Part shown: positions 1 to 8,809 of the stretch, in pieces
Numbering within the stretch: position 1 is the stretch's first letter
How the letters are laid out: every line of letters starts with the position of its first letter
Source: a virus
Direction: 5' to 3' (one strand)
Length of the DNA stretch: 64,000 bases
IMG/VR virus record: IMGVR_UViG_3300018915_000002
Translations under genes and position numbers: made by a program
The notes under the pieces: model-generated
Told to the model about the DNA's origin: nothing
Databases searched by the model: none
The model's input: only the letters and a program-made list of their open reading frames with translations

Positions 1-1140
1 GATATCAAGGATGGTGATTCTCTCGTTCAGTACCATGCCGGGAAAATCTTGAAAACCCAGGAAGAAGTGGAGGCTGCCTTAGAAGAATTCGTTCAGAAAC
101 GCGCAGCACGGAGTTCCGTGGTAGAGGAGCCAGAAGAATCCTTGGTTCTAGAGGAAGAGGATGACGAGAAATTGTCTACTGAACCTGAAGAAGTCAAGAA
201 GAGCAACGTACTCCAATTTATGGCACGGAGTTCCGTGGTACAGGAGGAAGTTATTCTAGAAAAGCCTGAACCTGAGGCTACTAAAGAAGAAACTCCGTCT
301 GAGACTGTGCCACTGGAACCCACGGGCGAGACGGAGGAAGAAGATTGGATTTATATTAGCCCAGATCTGGAGAGAAAATGTGAGACCGTTGCCTCGCAAA
401 TTATCTCGATTACTCAGCCTTATGCAAAGGCTATTACACAATTCCTGTGGGAACTTAAGTTTGTTGTGTTCGAGGATGACCATCGTCGAAAATCCCGAAA
501 ATTCGGGACATTTGAGCAGATGTGTCGGCATCTTCACCAGGAGCATGACTTCCCCCTGCACCCCAACACTGCTCGTGAAAGGGCAAATGCTGAACAAGAA
601 CGTCGTACCCTACGTCAGTTGCTCCCAACTGTTGAGGTAGAGACGATGAGTGATCATGCGGCGTTAGAATTGAGGCGAATAGATTCCTTCAAAGGGGCTG
701 AGCCAGAGGTTATTCTGGAAGCTAAGAAGGCGATTGTTAAAGAGGCTCCAAAGCTCACCCAAAAGGCGATCGCCGACACGATTAAGTCTATGGCAGAGGC
801 GGAGGATTGGGAAGATAAATACAGGTTTCGCTACAACCCTAAGCCCAAAAATCGTGAGCAGGGAGAGAAGCCAGAACCGATTTCCAGGAAGGAGGTTGAA
901 GATCTCCAAAATCGAAATGCCCACTTAAATAAGCAGGTGCAACAGCTCCAGTCAGAAGTGACGGGGATGATTTCCGAAATGATGCATCTCAAGGAGGAGA
1001 ATGATCAAAAAGCTCGTAACGAAAAATTCCTCGCCGATAACTTGGAGTTGGCTCAGAATCAATTGAGTGAGAAAGACCAGGAAATTGAGCGGTTGAAGCA
1101 GGAGTTGGAAGAGGCTCGGAGAATGAGGTTCGCAGGATGA
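1..1140 (+). CDS. Acidic/coiled-coil hypothetical protein, possibly DNA-binding; probably 5'-truncated by the window
   Basis: Frame is open from base 1. Has an FGTFEQMC...ARER helical segment and a C-terminal coiled coil. Carries two CACGGAGTTCCGTG copies in frame (ARSSVV). Confidence 0.6.
   Translation, partial: DIKDGDSLVQYHAGKILKTQEEVEAALEEFVQKRAARSSVVEEPEESLVLEEEDDEKLSTEPEEVKKSNVLQFMARSSVVQEEVILEKPEPEATKEETPSETVPLEPTGETEEEDWIYISPDLERKCETVASQIISITQPYAKAITQFLWELKFVVFEDDHRRKSRKFGTFEQMCRHLHQEHDFPLHPNTARERANAEQERRTLRQLLPTVEVETMSDHAALELRRIDSFKGAEPEVILEAKKAIVKEAPKLTQKAIADTIKSMAEAEDWEDKYRFRYNPKPKNREQGEKPEPISRKEVEDLQNRNAHLNKQVQQLQSEVTGMISEMMHLKEENDQKARNEKFLADNLELAQNQLSEKDQEIERLKQELEEARRMRFAG
107..120. 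repeat. Palindrome CACGGA-GT-TCCGTG
   Basis: Exact copy, inside a CDS. Confidence 0.95.
224..237. repeat. Palindrome CACGGA-GT-TCCGTG
   Basis: Exact copy, inside a CDS. Confidence 0.95.
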
Positions 1141-1159
1141 GCGCGATCACATCCTAGAC

Positions 1160-1173
1160 CACGGAACTCCGTG
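1160..1173. repeat. Palindrome CACGGA-AC-TCCGTG
   Basis: Exact copy, between a stop codon and a terminator. Confidence 0.95.
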
Positions 1174-1176
1174 ATA

Positions 1177-1218
1177 CGAAAAACCCCTCGATCTTCACAA
1201 GGATCGAGGGGTTTTTCG
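1177..1218. terminator. Bidirectional intrinsic terminator
   Basis: CGAAAAACCCCTCGATC / GATCGAGGGGTTTTTCG inverted repeat between convergent genes. Confidence 0.8.
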
Positions 1219-1539
1219 CTAAGAGCGTCTTAATTGTTTCCGTGCATCGGGGTAGGAGTATTTATCGTCGGGCAATGGTTGCTCGTCGAGAAATATCTCG
1301 TAGCAATCGTTCCACGGATCAAAGAAGCGTCCGGGTTCCTTTTCCCAATTGCTTTGTAGGCTGAGAGAACGATGAACTCCTTTGGGTGTTATTTCTAGTT
1401 CAGCAATTATTGTTGCCCCACGGCAAGCAATAAGAGCCTTCTGTTCGACGGCTGACTGATTTCTACTCCTTTGTATTACAACAGGCGAATACATCGGTAG
1501 AGCTTCTATTTCTCGAAAAGTTAGCGTGGTTTTACTCAA
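1219..1539 (-). CDS. Hypothetical protein
   Basis: 106-aa ORF ending at the terminator, co-oriented with 1563..1745. Confidence 0.55.
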   Translation of the reverse strand: MSKTTLTFREIEALPMYSPVVIQRSRNQSAVEQKALIACRGATIIAELEITPKGVHRSLSLQSNWEKEPGRFFDPWNDCYEIFLDEQPLPDDKYSYPDARKQLRRS

Positions 1540-1562
1540 TCATCTAATACATCAGGTGTTTT

Positions 1563-1745
1563 CTAAGTATCTCGCCTAGGACACCCCGGAGGAGGGGATT
1601 GAGTCCTGTCCGAGCAATCAACCTTAATTTCTGTCCCTGCTGTTGTAGCTACTGGCACTACTGTTCCCCTTGCCTGAGTAGGGATAGCCGGCATTGTAAG
1701 ATTGGTCGCTACAAGAGCGATCGCAATCAATTTTTTCGCGTTCAT
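1563..1745 (-). CDS. Small secreted peptide (signal peptide, C-terminal C...PPPGCPRR)
   Basis: MNAKKLIAIALVATNL...TQA signal; AAAGCAAAA leader; TGTTACAAT upstream. Confidence 0.65.
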   Translation of the reverse strand: MNAKKLIAIALVATNLTMPAIPTQARGTVVPVATTAGTEIKVDCSDRTQSPPPGCPRRDT

Positions 1746-1902
1746 GAATTTTGCTTTAATAATTAGTAGACACTGGGCTGTTTTTGTTCAATCGGAATTA
1801 ACAGCCATCTTCCTTATTGTAACAAGCCTACAAAGTGATCGCAAAAATGTAGGTGAATTATCAAAAATAATTGATATTCTAAGTATCAAAGCGAGGAAAA
1901 GT

Positions 1903-2154
1903 ATGTTTGACCTAGAAGCAGAGCTAGGAATGACGTGGGCAGATATTGCCCAAGCAACTTATGAAATCGAGGCAGCGATCGCAGAGGATCGGGGGCATGA
2001 GACCCCGTCTTGGGATGATCTGCCGATTGAGAAAAAGATTGCCAGAGAGTGTGGGGTAAGAGTGCTTGAGGCGTTTTTTAATAATAGCCCTACTGATATT
2101 GAATACTGGCAAAAATTTGCGAGTAAGCGTTTGAGTAGAAGGACGGCTAAGTGA
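1903..2154 (+). CDS. Hypothetical protein
   Basis: ATG 1903 after GAGG; stop overlaps the endolysin start. Confidence 0.55.
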   Translation: MFDLEAELGMTWADIAQATYEIEAAIAEDRGHETPSWDDLPIEKKIARECGVRVLEAFFNNSPTDIEYWQKFASKRLSRRTAK

Positions 2155-3731
2155 GCGATTACCGTCTATCAATTCGCAAGGCAGCCTATCAAAAGCTATT
2201 TGATAGCTGTCAATTACGGGCAAACTGGCAACCTCGGATTGAAGAAGCGATCGCGACCATCCTCGAAGGGCGATCTCGCTATGAGTTTATTGAGGAGAAA
2301 ACAACAGTTCCTTGGTGGTTTGTGGGGATACTCCATTACCGGGAGTCCACCTGTAGTTTTAAGTGCCACCTGCACAACGGCGATCCTCTAACCCGGAGAA
2401 CCGTCCAAGTACCCAAGGGGCGACCAACTGCTCCCCCACAAAAGGGGTCTTCCTACACTTGGGAGGAATCGGCAATTGACGCGCTGGTCTGGAAGACCTA
2501 CCACAATGCGAAAGATACCTCAATCGCGGCTTGGCTGTGGCGATTTGAATTGTGGAATGGCTTCGGCTATGCGATGCGGGGATTGAATTCAGAGTATTTG
2601 TGGGGTGGCTGCAACCATTTTGGTTCCCCTCCCCACTGTGGAAAATTTGTCGCTGATGGGCGATTCGATTCTAGGGCCGAGTCTCATCAAGTTGGGGCAG
2701 CCGTTTTGTTGTGGGCAATGAACCAGCGGGGATTACTTGCTACCACGAAAACCGAGGTACAGGTTACCTTGCAAACTGTACCTGAGGAGCAAACTGTAGC
2801 TGAGGAAGAGATGACAGAACTTAAAGGGGGGCAATGCGATATCCGCATCCTTCGGGATACCTGGTTTGTGCAATCTGTTGCCCTTGCCCCAGAATTGCTG
2901 CCGGAAGATCAGAAACTTTTCCTTCCAGCAGGCAGTGTTCTCCCAGTGTTAGCGTGGCGATCGCTGCCTACTAATCATCTGGTCGTCACCTTGAATAACG
3001 TTGTTCTCAAGGGACGCAACACCTGGCATTGCTCACTTGATGAGGTGAAAATGCGGTTACCTAAGGTCGCCACCCCCGCACCCGCAGCTACCCCTGTGAT
3101 TCAACACGCGACTCCTCGCCCAACCGTTCCAGGTGATTTATCCAGTCTTCCTGGGGAGAAGGTGATTCGGTTCATGAGGAGTCGGGATTTCCGAATCCGG
3201 GCGCTCAATATTGTGTATCTGGTTAATGCGTCCGCCCAGGACTGGTCTCCCTTAGCCAATACAATAGACACCTGGAACGATGTCCGCTGCATTGTTCGGG
3301 ATACCGGGGAAGTATTAGGCAGTTGGCAGGCGACAACAGATCCAGGACAGCATTATTTGCACAACTGGATGAATCCAAAGGGGTGCGCCATACTCGCGCT
3401 AGGGCAGCACCGGGATGCGTGGAGAATTGGGTTGCATCATGGTCATCCGGCGCTCTCTCAATGCGATAATTTAGTGATATATCGCGATCGCACAAAGAGC
3501 TTGATGCGATCAGGGCACACAGTTATTGCTGGTGCCGAGTGCGGCATCAATCATCATGGAACATCAGGGAAAGATGGCAACCCTAAGTCAATTGGGCGCT
3601 ACAGCGCTGGCTGCTGCGTCGGACTCTATTGGAAATCGCATTTGCAATTCATCGAATTTTGTCACCACTCCGGAAATTCGCGCTTTGATGCAACCCTCAT
3701 TGATGGGGGGACGCTGCATCAGTTCGCCTGA
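2151..3731 (+). CDS. Modular endolysin: lysozyme-like N-domain, central binding domain, C-terminal L,D-transpeptidase/YkuD-like domain
   Basis: HYRES...LHNGDPL...WEESAIDAL...ELWNGFGY (COG5526-like lysozyme); GINHHG...SAGC His/Cys motif. Confidence 0.75.
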   Translation: MSDYRLSIRKAAYQKLFDSCQLRANWQPRIEEAIATILEGRSRYEFIEEKTTVPWWFVGILHYRESTCSFKCHLHNGDPLTRRTVQVPKGRPTAPPQKGSSYTWEESAIDALVWKTYHNAKDTSIAAWLWRFELWNGFGYAMRGLNSEYLWGGCNHFGSPPHCGKFVADGRFDSRAESHQVGAAVLLWAMNQRGLLATTKTEVQVTLQTVPEEQTVAEEEMTELKGGQCDIRILRDTWFVQSVALAPELLPEDQKLFLPAGSVLPVLAWRSLPTNHLVVTLNNVVLKGRNTWHCSLDEVKMRLPKVATPAPAATPVIQHATPRPTVPGDLSSLPGEKVIRFMRSRDFRIRALNIVYLVNASAQDWSPLANTIDTWNDVRCIVRDTGEVLGSWQATTDPGQHYLHNWMNPKGCAILALGQHRDAWRIGLHHGHPALSQCDNLVIYRDRTKSLMRSGHTVIAGAECGINHHGTSGKDGNPKSIGRYSAGCCVGLYWKSHLQFIEFCHHSGNSRFDATLIDGGTLHQFA

Positions 3732-3769
3732 GGCAAAGGTTTATACCTGTAGTAAGTGCCATCAAACCT

Positions 3770-4072
3770 CTACCGACCTTGATGTTTTGCGACGGCTTTG
3801 TGTGACCGACAACTGTCCGTATGACGATTAATGATGAGGTTTGTCTTGTTGAGTATGATCGCCGTTCTCTCAACTGCTACCCCAATCTCAAATAATGCCC
3901 ACGCACACTGCTGTTGTTGCTCTTGATTGAGTTTGTCCCACGGAAGTCCGTGACGGATTCTAGCGATATCGTTCAGCAGCCTCAGTTGGGCTGAGCCACT
4001 CATCGTCTGGAGAGTCAAATCCGCCAGTTGTGGGATACTCTTCTGTTGGGGGGAGACTGTAACCATCGGCAC
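3770..4072 (-). CDS. Hypothetical protein
   Basis: 100-aa ORF overlapping the upstream gene; start uncertain. Confidence 0.4.
   Translation of the reverse strand: MPMVTVSPQQKSIPQLADLTLQTMSGSAQLRLLNDIARIRHGLPWDKLNQEQQQQCAWALFEIGVAVERTAIILNKTNLIINRHTDSCRSHKAVAKHQGR
3939..3952. repeat. Palindrome CACGGA-AG-TCCGTG
   Basis: Exact copy, 7 nt from the stop at 3960. Confidence 0.9.
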
Positions 4073-4367
4073 TGACGTTCATCTCAGAGATGTTAGACAT
4101 AGATCCAGACGAGGCTGCAACATTCTCTACTGGTCGTTGGAACTGTTGCTGGACAACTGAGGCTTTCTTGGGATCGTAGATAATACCGCCTAACCCTCCC
4201 GCTGCTAATAGCGTTTGCGCCCAGGCGGGAAGATCGATTTTGTTGAGGGAGAGGATAACTACAGTGGATGCGATCGCAACAATAGACACACAGGTGGTTA
4301 GTGTGCCACCCGTCTTTTCAATGAAGTCCCCAACGGCATCTAAATTTTCCTTAAAGCTGGATGGCAT
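3960..4367 (-). CDS. Two-TM membrane protein, holin candidate
   Basis: Two hydrophobic segments and an acidic tail, next to the endolysin. Confidence 0.5.
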   Translation of the reverse strand: MPSSFKENLDAVGDFIEKTGGTLTTCVSIVAIASTVVILSLNKIDLPAWAQTLLAAGGLGGIIYDPKKASVVQQQFQRPVENVAASSGSMSNISEMNVSADGYSLPPTEEYPTTGGFDSPDDEWLSPTEAAERYR

Positions 4368-4406
4368 GGCTTTGAAGAGTGTTTGTCGATACCTTAGTTT
4401 AAACGC

Positions 4407-4444
4407 AAAAAAGCCGCCCACTAGAACTTCTAGTGGGCGGCTTT
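4407..4444. terminator. Intrinsic terminator hairpin
   Basis: AAAGCCGCCCACTAGAA / TTCTAGTGGGCGGCTTT. Confidence 0.7.
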
Positions 4445-4525
4445 ACTAATAAGACGCTCTATTTCTTCGTTTCAAGTATATTTATGACCGGAAGTGGCTT
4501 CCATTGCTATCGAGTTATGCTTTGT

Positions 4526-4539
4526 TGCGGAACTCCGTG
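4526..4539. repeat. Palindrome variant TGCGGA-AC-TCCGTG
   Basis: 12/14 match, 1 nt from the WYL stop codon. Confidence 0.8.
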
Positions 4540-4540
4540 G

Positions 4541-5236
4541 TCAAGGGCGGTAATGCGCGATCGCACCTTCTAACTGATCTATCAGTCTTTCTCGTACCCC
4601 ACTTTGGCTGAGTATCTTGCAATTCTTCCCGTATTGGATGACTTCTCGGATGAACCAGAAAGTGCTAGTGATTTGACGAGTGATGACTTTGGTTTTCTTG
4701 TCCCAGTAATCTAGGCGATCATTCGGTTGCAGGACGTAGGCATGTGCTAGCCAGCCGTAAAGCTCAAACTGTACAGGTAGAACTTCCAGCCCCTCCCTCC
4801 AGGTTGCTGAGTCTAATGGCACAACAGCAGAATCCTCCTCAGGAATACGATCAATCCGTAGGCTCCAGTTGTGCTGAAGTCCTGGGATGTCTTGGTTGTT
4901 TTCAGTCTGGTCGCACCAGCATTCCAGGTAATGCCGTTTTTCTCGATATACAACCTCGGCATACCGAGCGGTGAAGGTGAAAAATCGCCCTGCTGCGTCA
5001 ACGTAGCTGAGGTGGAAGGGGACTTTGTTTGTAATCAGTTCAAGGATTTCCGTCGCTCTCTTGTTGTTTAAGTCAGCAGGCTTGCTAACCTGCACCTCTC
5101 GGTAGGCGATCGCTTTATACAATGCCGTCTGATTCCCTCGATCTCCCCAGTTGAATCCCTGTTCCTGTGCGATCAATTCAAACTGTTGTTGTTCCTGTTC
5201 GGTGACATTTAGCTGTACGGTGTTGCGCTTGCTCAT
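4541..5236 (-). CDS. WYL-domain transcriptional regulator with RHH-like N-terminus
   Basis: HYLECWC...WSLRIDRI (WYL); WFIREVIQYGKNCKIL (WCX). Confidence 0.85.
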   Translation of the reverse strand: MSKRNTVQLNVTEQEQQQFELIAQEQGFNWGDRGNQTALYKAIAYREVQVSKPADLNNKRATEILELITNKVPFHLSYVDAAGRFFTFTARYAEVVYREKRHYLECWCDQTENNQDIPGLQHNWSLRIDRIPEEDSAVVPLDSATWREGLEVLPVQFELYGWLAHAYVLQPNDRLDYWDKKTKVITRQITSTFWFIREVIQYGKNCKILSQSGVRERLIDQLEGAIAHYRP

Positions 5237-5250
5237 TGACTTTTGTGTGA

Positions 5251-5280
5251 TAGCAGGATAGAAATAATTCTATCCTGCTA
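5251..5280. promoter_or_regulatory. 30-bp inverted repeat between divergent WYL and HAD genes; candidate operator
   Basis: TAGCAGGATAGAA-ATAA-TTCTATCCTGCTA, perfect 13-bp arms. Confidence 0.65.
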
Positions 5281-5296
5281 AACTGCTAAAATAGGA

Positions 5297-6058
5297 ATGA
5301 ACCCACAAAAGGAACGAATGCTTTGTTTGTTCGATAAGGATGGAACGCTGGTTGAAACCAAGTCTGGGAAACCGTTTCCTAAGCTTGGCGATCAGCGACT
5401 GATTCCCGGTGTCAAGGAACGAATTAGTGCCTTGGCTTTGACTGGCAGCATCATTGCCGTCACCAGCAACCAAGCTGGCATTGAGAAGGGGTATAAGAGC
5501 TTGGAGGATGCGATCGCAGAGTTTCAAGAACTGATGCAGTTATTACCCGAAGTCTCGGCTTGCTATTTTTGCCCCAATTTCTCTGGAAGCAAATGCTTCT
5601 ACGTTAATAAGGAAGGGCGAGTTGTAGCTGTCCACGAACAGTGGAAAAAGTACAGTGATTTGATCGGTCGCTTCAGGAAACCCAATCCAGGGATGCTTTT
5701 GTTGGCTATCGAACACGAACTATGGACATCTATGCTTGGGCAAAGGAAGCCGAACAAAGATGTCGCTTGCTACACAGGCGATCGCCCAGAGGATGAAAGG
5801 GCAGCCTATTTGGCTGATGTGCCATATCAGCACGTCACTGATTGGCTGCTAGATCACAACATGACGCACGGAGGAGATTGGAATTATCAAATTCTGGTGA
5901 CAACCCCTGAGTATGTCAGGGTGAAGACTTATGTCTATGCCCTCAATCAAATTGAAGCCATCGACTTCGCCAAACGCAATGCTTCTGCTCTGCTTAATTC
6001 AGGACAGGAGCTTGAGGATTTAAGCGAGTGGAAGACTGAATTTCTGAAGATGCCGTAA
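5297..6058 (+). CDS. HAD-IIIA phosphatase (polynucleotide 3'-phosphatase/GmhB-like)
   Basis: FDKDGTL, TSNQAGI, RKPNPGM and GD motifs. Confidence 0.85.
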   Translation: MNPQKERMLCLFDKDGTLVETKSGKPFPKLGDQRLIPGVKERISALALTGSIIAVTSNQAGIEKGYKSLEDAIAEFQELMQLLPEVSACYFCPNFSGSKCFYVNKEGRVVAVHEQWKKYSDLIGRFRKPNPGMLLLAIEHELWTSMLGQRKPNKDVACYTGDRPEDERAAYLADVPYQHVTDWLLDHNMTHGGDWNYQILVTTPEYVRVKTYVYALNQIEAIDFAKRNASALLNSGQELEDLSEWKTEFLKMP

Positions 6059-6082
6059 CTGGAAAATAAGAAAAGCAAAATC

Positions 6083-6346
6083 ATGATAACTTACGCTTAC
6101 AACGTCCAACTAAAATCAGACAGATCTCAGCTTCTTCTGCAATCCGTTGTATCCACAAATGAAGGGATACAAATAGGTGTTCTGCCAAATTCAGATGTTG
6201 AACAAGAATATGTAGAACGAAGAAATCCGGAAACCGGAGACATTTTATGGTGCAAGGCTGAGGACTACTATGAAGACAGCGAAGGGTTGTTGCAATTCTT
6301 GGCTGGCGAAGGGATTCAAGGTAATCCCTTTACGGAGACAACCTGA
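6083..6346 (+). CDS. Hypothetical protein
   Basis: AAAAGCAAAATC-ATG leader. Confidence 0.65.
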   Translation: MITYAYNVQLKSDRSQLLLQSVVSTNEGIQIGVLPNSDVEQEYVERRNPETGDILWCKAEDYYEDSEGLLQFLAGEGIQGNPFTETT

Positions 6347-6374
6347 TAATTACGGCAGTGAATGAAGCAAAACC

Positions 6375-6695
6375 ATGAACCAACATCAATCTCAAGATGA
6401 ATCTGAGCTTCAAAAACTCAGAGATGCAATCAACCACTACGTGGGATATATTGCGCGATCGCAGCCACGAATCAATCAGAACGATACGGCAATGCGGGAT
6501 ATATTCACGATTCTTGCCAAGGCATCGTATGAAAATGGCAATGATTGGGGCTTCGTTGAACAATTAACCCTAACCCTTTGGGACTTTGATCCAGAACTTG
6601 CCAATGTAATTGATGGTATCCGGATGAAGCGCATTGAATCTGGACAATACAGAGCAAATGTTCAACCTTGGATCGAAGGAGATAGCAATGAGTAA
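6375..6695 (+). CDS. Hypothetical protein
   Basis: GAAGCAAAACC-ATG leader. Confidence 0.65.
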   Translation: MNQHQSQDESELQKLRDAINHYVGYIARSQPRINQNDTAMRDIFTILAKASYENGNDWGFVEQLTLTLWDFDPELANVIDGIRMKRIESGQYRANVQPWIEGDSNE

Positions 6696-6978
6696 CTCGA
6701 TTGCAAGCACCCTAGATCTTCTACAGAAGGAATTCCCAAACCTAGAGTGGAAAGGATATCACCGTAATATAGACGAAGTCCATTTCTTTACTGCCGAATT
6801 CTGCGGCTGGTGGAAACTAATGGTACAAGTTCTCCCCAATGGCTGTATGGCAATACTTTCAATTCCAAAGTGTTGCCAAATAGCTGGTTCCCCCAATGAG
6901 CCAGGTAAAACATTGGAAGAAGTAGTGTCTTATATCAGGAATGAGTGGGACAAAATAGCTCACGCAATGAGCAAATAA
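6688..6978 (+). CDS. Hypothetical protein
   Basis: Overlaps the previous stop; followed by a terminator at about 6993-7023. Confidence 0.6.
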   Translation: MSNSIASTLDLLQKEFPNLEWKGYHRNIDEVHFFTAEFCGWWKLMVQVLPNGCMAILSIPKCCQIAGSPNEPGKTLEEVVSYIRNEWDKIAHAMSK

Positions 6979-7044
6979 TCACACATTTATGTGAAAAGCC
7001 TCGGTATTTTACCGAGGCTTTTTCTGTATCTACAAGGAGAAATC

Positions 7045-8721
7045 ATGATTGAGAAGTATCAATCAGCCCAGATAATTCCAAGCATCATCCAAACTTCTAA
7101 CGGCGACTATGCCCTACTGCTCTGGGACAAGGCAGTGGATCAAGACATTGTCACGGCTATCGAGCAGGGTCACACACTCGGCAACTACTGTTTGATTGGG
7201 GTTAGCGAAACGCCTTATGGCCCACTTTCTTGGATGTTATCTGCCATCGGTACAGTGGAGGAGTTCGCTGACCCTAATTCCACCCTGTTCTGGTTTGACT
7301 ATATTGTTAATCCAGGAAAAATCACCAGCTACGAGAAGCGCTGGTTCAAGATATTGAGCAAGCAATCTTCCCTGAGTCTTGGCATCCCATTAGGGACAAA
7401 AATTCGCCCCAACGGACTGATCTCTGACCGCACACTGGCGACATACCTTGAAGGCATCAACCACGCGATCGCTCATTGGCATATTGGCTGCGACTATGCC
7501 GCCGCTGTGGAGTGGCTCTGGAAGAATGAACTGGATGAACTCGTCAATGAAGCGATGCGAGAAATTCCCCAGAAGTACGGAAACCGCAATGGACAGGAAG
7601 TATTGGTTGATTGCTTAGGGCAAGCCGCCACTACTGTTTTAGATTCGGCTCATCCCCTGTGCCAGATTTATGAGCAGGGGCAGTTAGGGACGTATCTCCA
7701 AGCGTGGAAAAAGACAATTTCATTGAGTGATCTTAAAGAGCGATCGCAAGACCCAGCAGAAAACCTCAAACGAGACTGGCTTTTTGCCTCCACCTGCTTG
7801 ACCAAAAGTGAAAATCCCCTCAAGATTGCCGTGGGGTCTATCAATGGAACATGGATCTGGGCAGACTTTCCTTACAAGAGTAGTCGCCCAGAGTCCCTCT
7901 ATCTCCTGAGTAAGACTTACCGCTATTTGTTGGGGCATAACTTCAAGCCTTTGCTACATCGCAATGATGCTCTACTAAATCATCTTGAGCTTCCTGCCGT
8001 CGCCTCTTTAGGCAAAATACCCCAGCGCTCTTCCTTTGATCAAGTTGGCCGCATTCTCCAGGGAGCCATTCTTGACCGTGAGTTCGCCCTCCTTCAGCCA
8101 ACAGCAATCCTCGTAGGCAAACGGGGACTAGAAGAGGTTGAATATCACCCATTGACTAGGGGTGGTGTTTCCTGCCTCTTCAAGGTCAGGTTGATGGCAG
8201 ACTCTAATCGTGGGACGAATCTAGTCCTCGTTGGAAAACTGAACGCGGCTTCAGGAGTAATAGAAGCAATTGGGATAAAGGAAACTCCTGAGGTTAAGTT
8301 GATTTTGTTCCTCGTTGCGATAGCCTACCGAGATATCTTGGTTGCTCGGAATGCCGCAACTGTCCCAAGTAAGGGACGTGAAGGGAAGGGTAAATCCCCT
8401 CGTCGTTCACTAAGTCCCCCTGTGAAACTTGTGGCTCGTGTCAAGCAGTCCAGGACACAGATCCAGGAAACTTTTGCTGACCCACAGCAGTTGGTGCAGT
8501 CCTTACGAAAGTACAGCAGCTATCTACGGTCATGCCACCTGCGCCGTCTTCACGAAGGCTGGAATGCTTCTGAAAAGGCACTAAAGGTTGCTGAGCAATA
8601 TCAGTGGCTTGTTCCAGAAGGATTCACATTCGTGAAGCCAGCCATAGTTGAGGGGGATAGCGAGTTTAAGCTCAGGGAAGAATTCAAGTCCATATCCTTG
8701 ATGGATTTGCTATTTGGTTGA
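7045..8721 (+). CDS. Large hypothetical protein
   Basis: AGGAG SD before ATG 7045; long ORF with a C-terminal RSCHLRRL...TFVKP segment. Confidence 0.7.
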   Translation: MIEKYQSAQIIPSIIQTSNGDYALLLWDKAVDQDIVTAIEQGHTLGNYCLIGVSETPYGPLSWMLSAIGTVEEFADPNSTLFWFDYIVNPGKITSYEKRWFKILSKQSSLSLGIPLGTKIRPNGLISDRTLATYLEGINHAIAHWHIGCDYAAAVEWLWKNELDELVNEAMREIPQKYGNRNGQEVLVDCLGQAATTVLDSAHPLCQIYEQGQLGTYLQAWKKTISLSDLKERSQDPAENLKRDWLFASTCLTKSENPLKIAVGSINGTWIWADFPYKSSRPESLYLLSKTYRYLLGHNFKPLLHRNDALLNHLELPAVASLGKIPQRSSFDQVGRILQGAILDREFALLQPTAILVGKRGLEEVEYHPLTRGGVSCLFKVRLMADSNRGTNLVLVGKLNAASGVIEAIGIKETPEVKLILFLVAIAYRDILVARNAATVPSKGREGKGKSPRRSLSPPVKLVARVKQSRTQIQETFADPQQLVQSLRKYSSYLRSCHLRRLHEGWNASEKALKVAEQYQWLVPEGFTFVKPAIVEGDSEFKLREEFKSISLMDLLFG

Positions 8722-8809
8722 ATGTTCCGCAGTGGATTTAAACTTAGATCCACTGCGTTTCTTCTGTCCACTTCGCTTTAAACTTAAAGAGCCTTGGCTC
8801 GAACCGAAA

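Noticed and set aside
3698-3731. Endolysin C-terminal LIDGGTL as another fibre-docking motif
   Set aside because: Not terminal, lacks the Phe, and no IQxKR gene follows.
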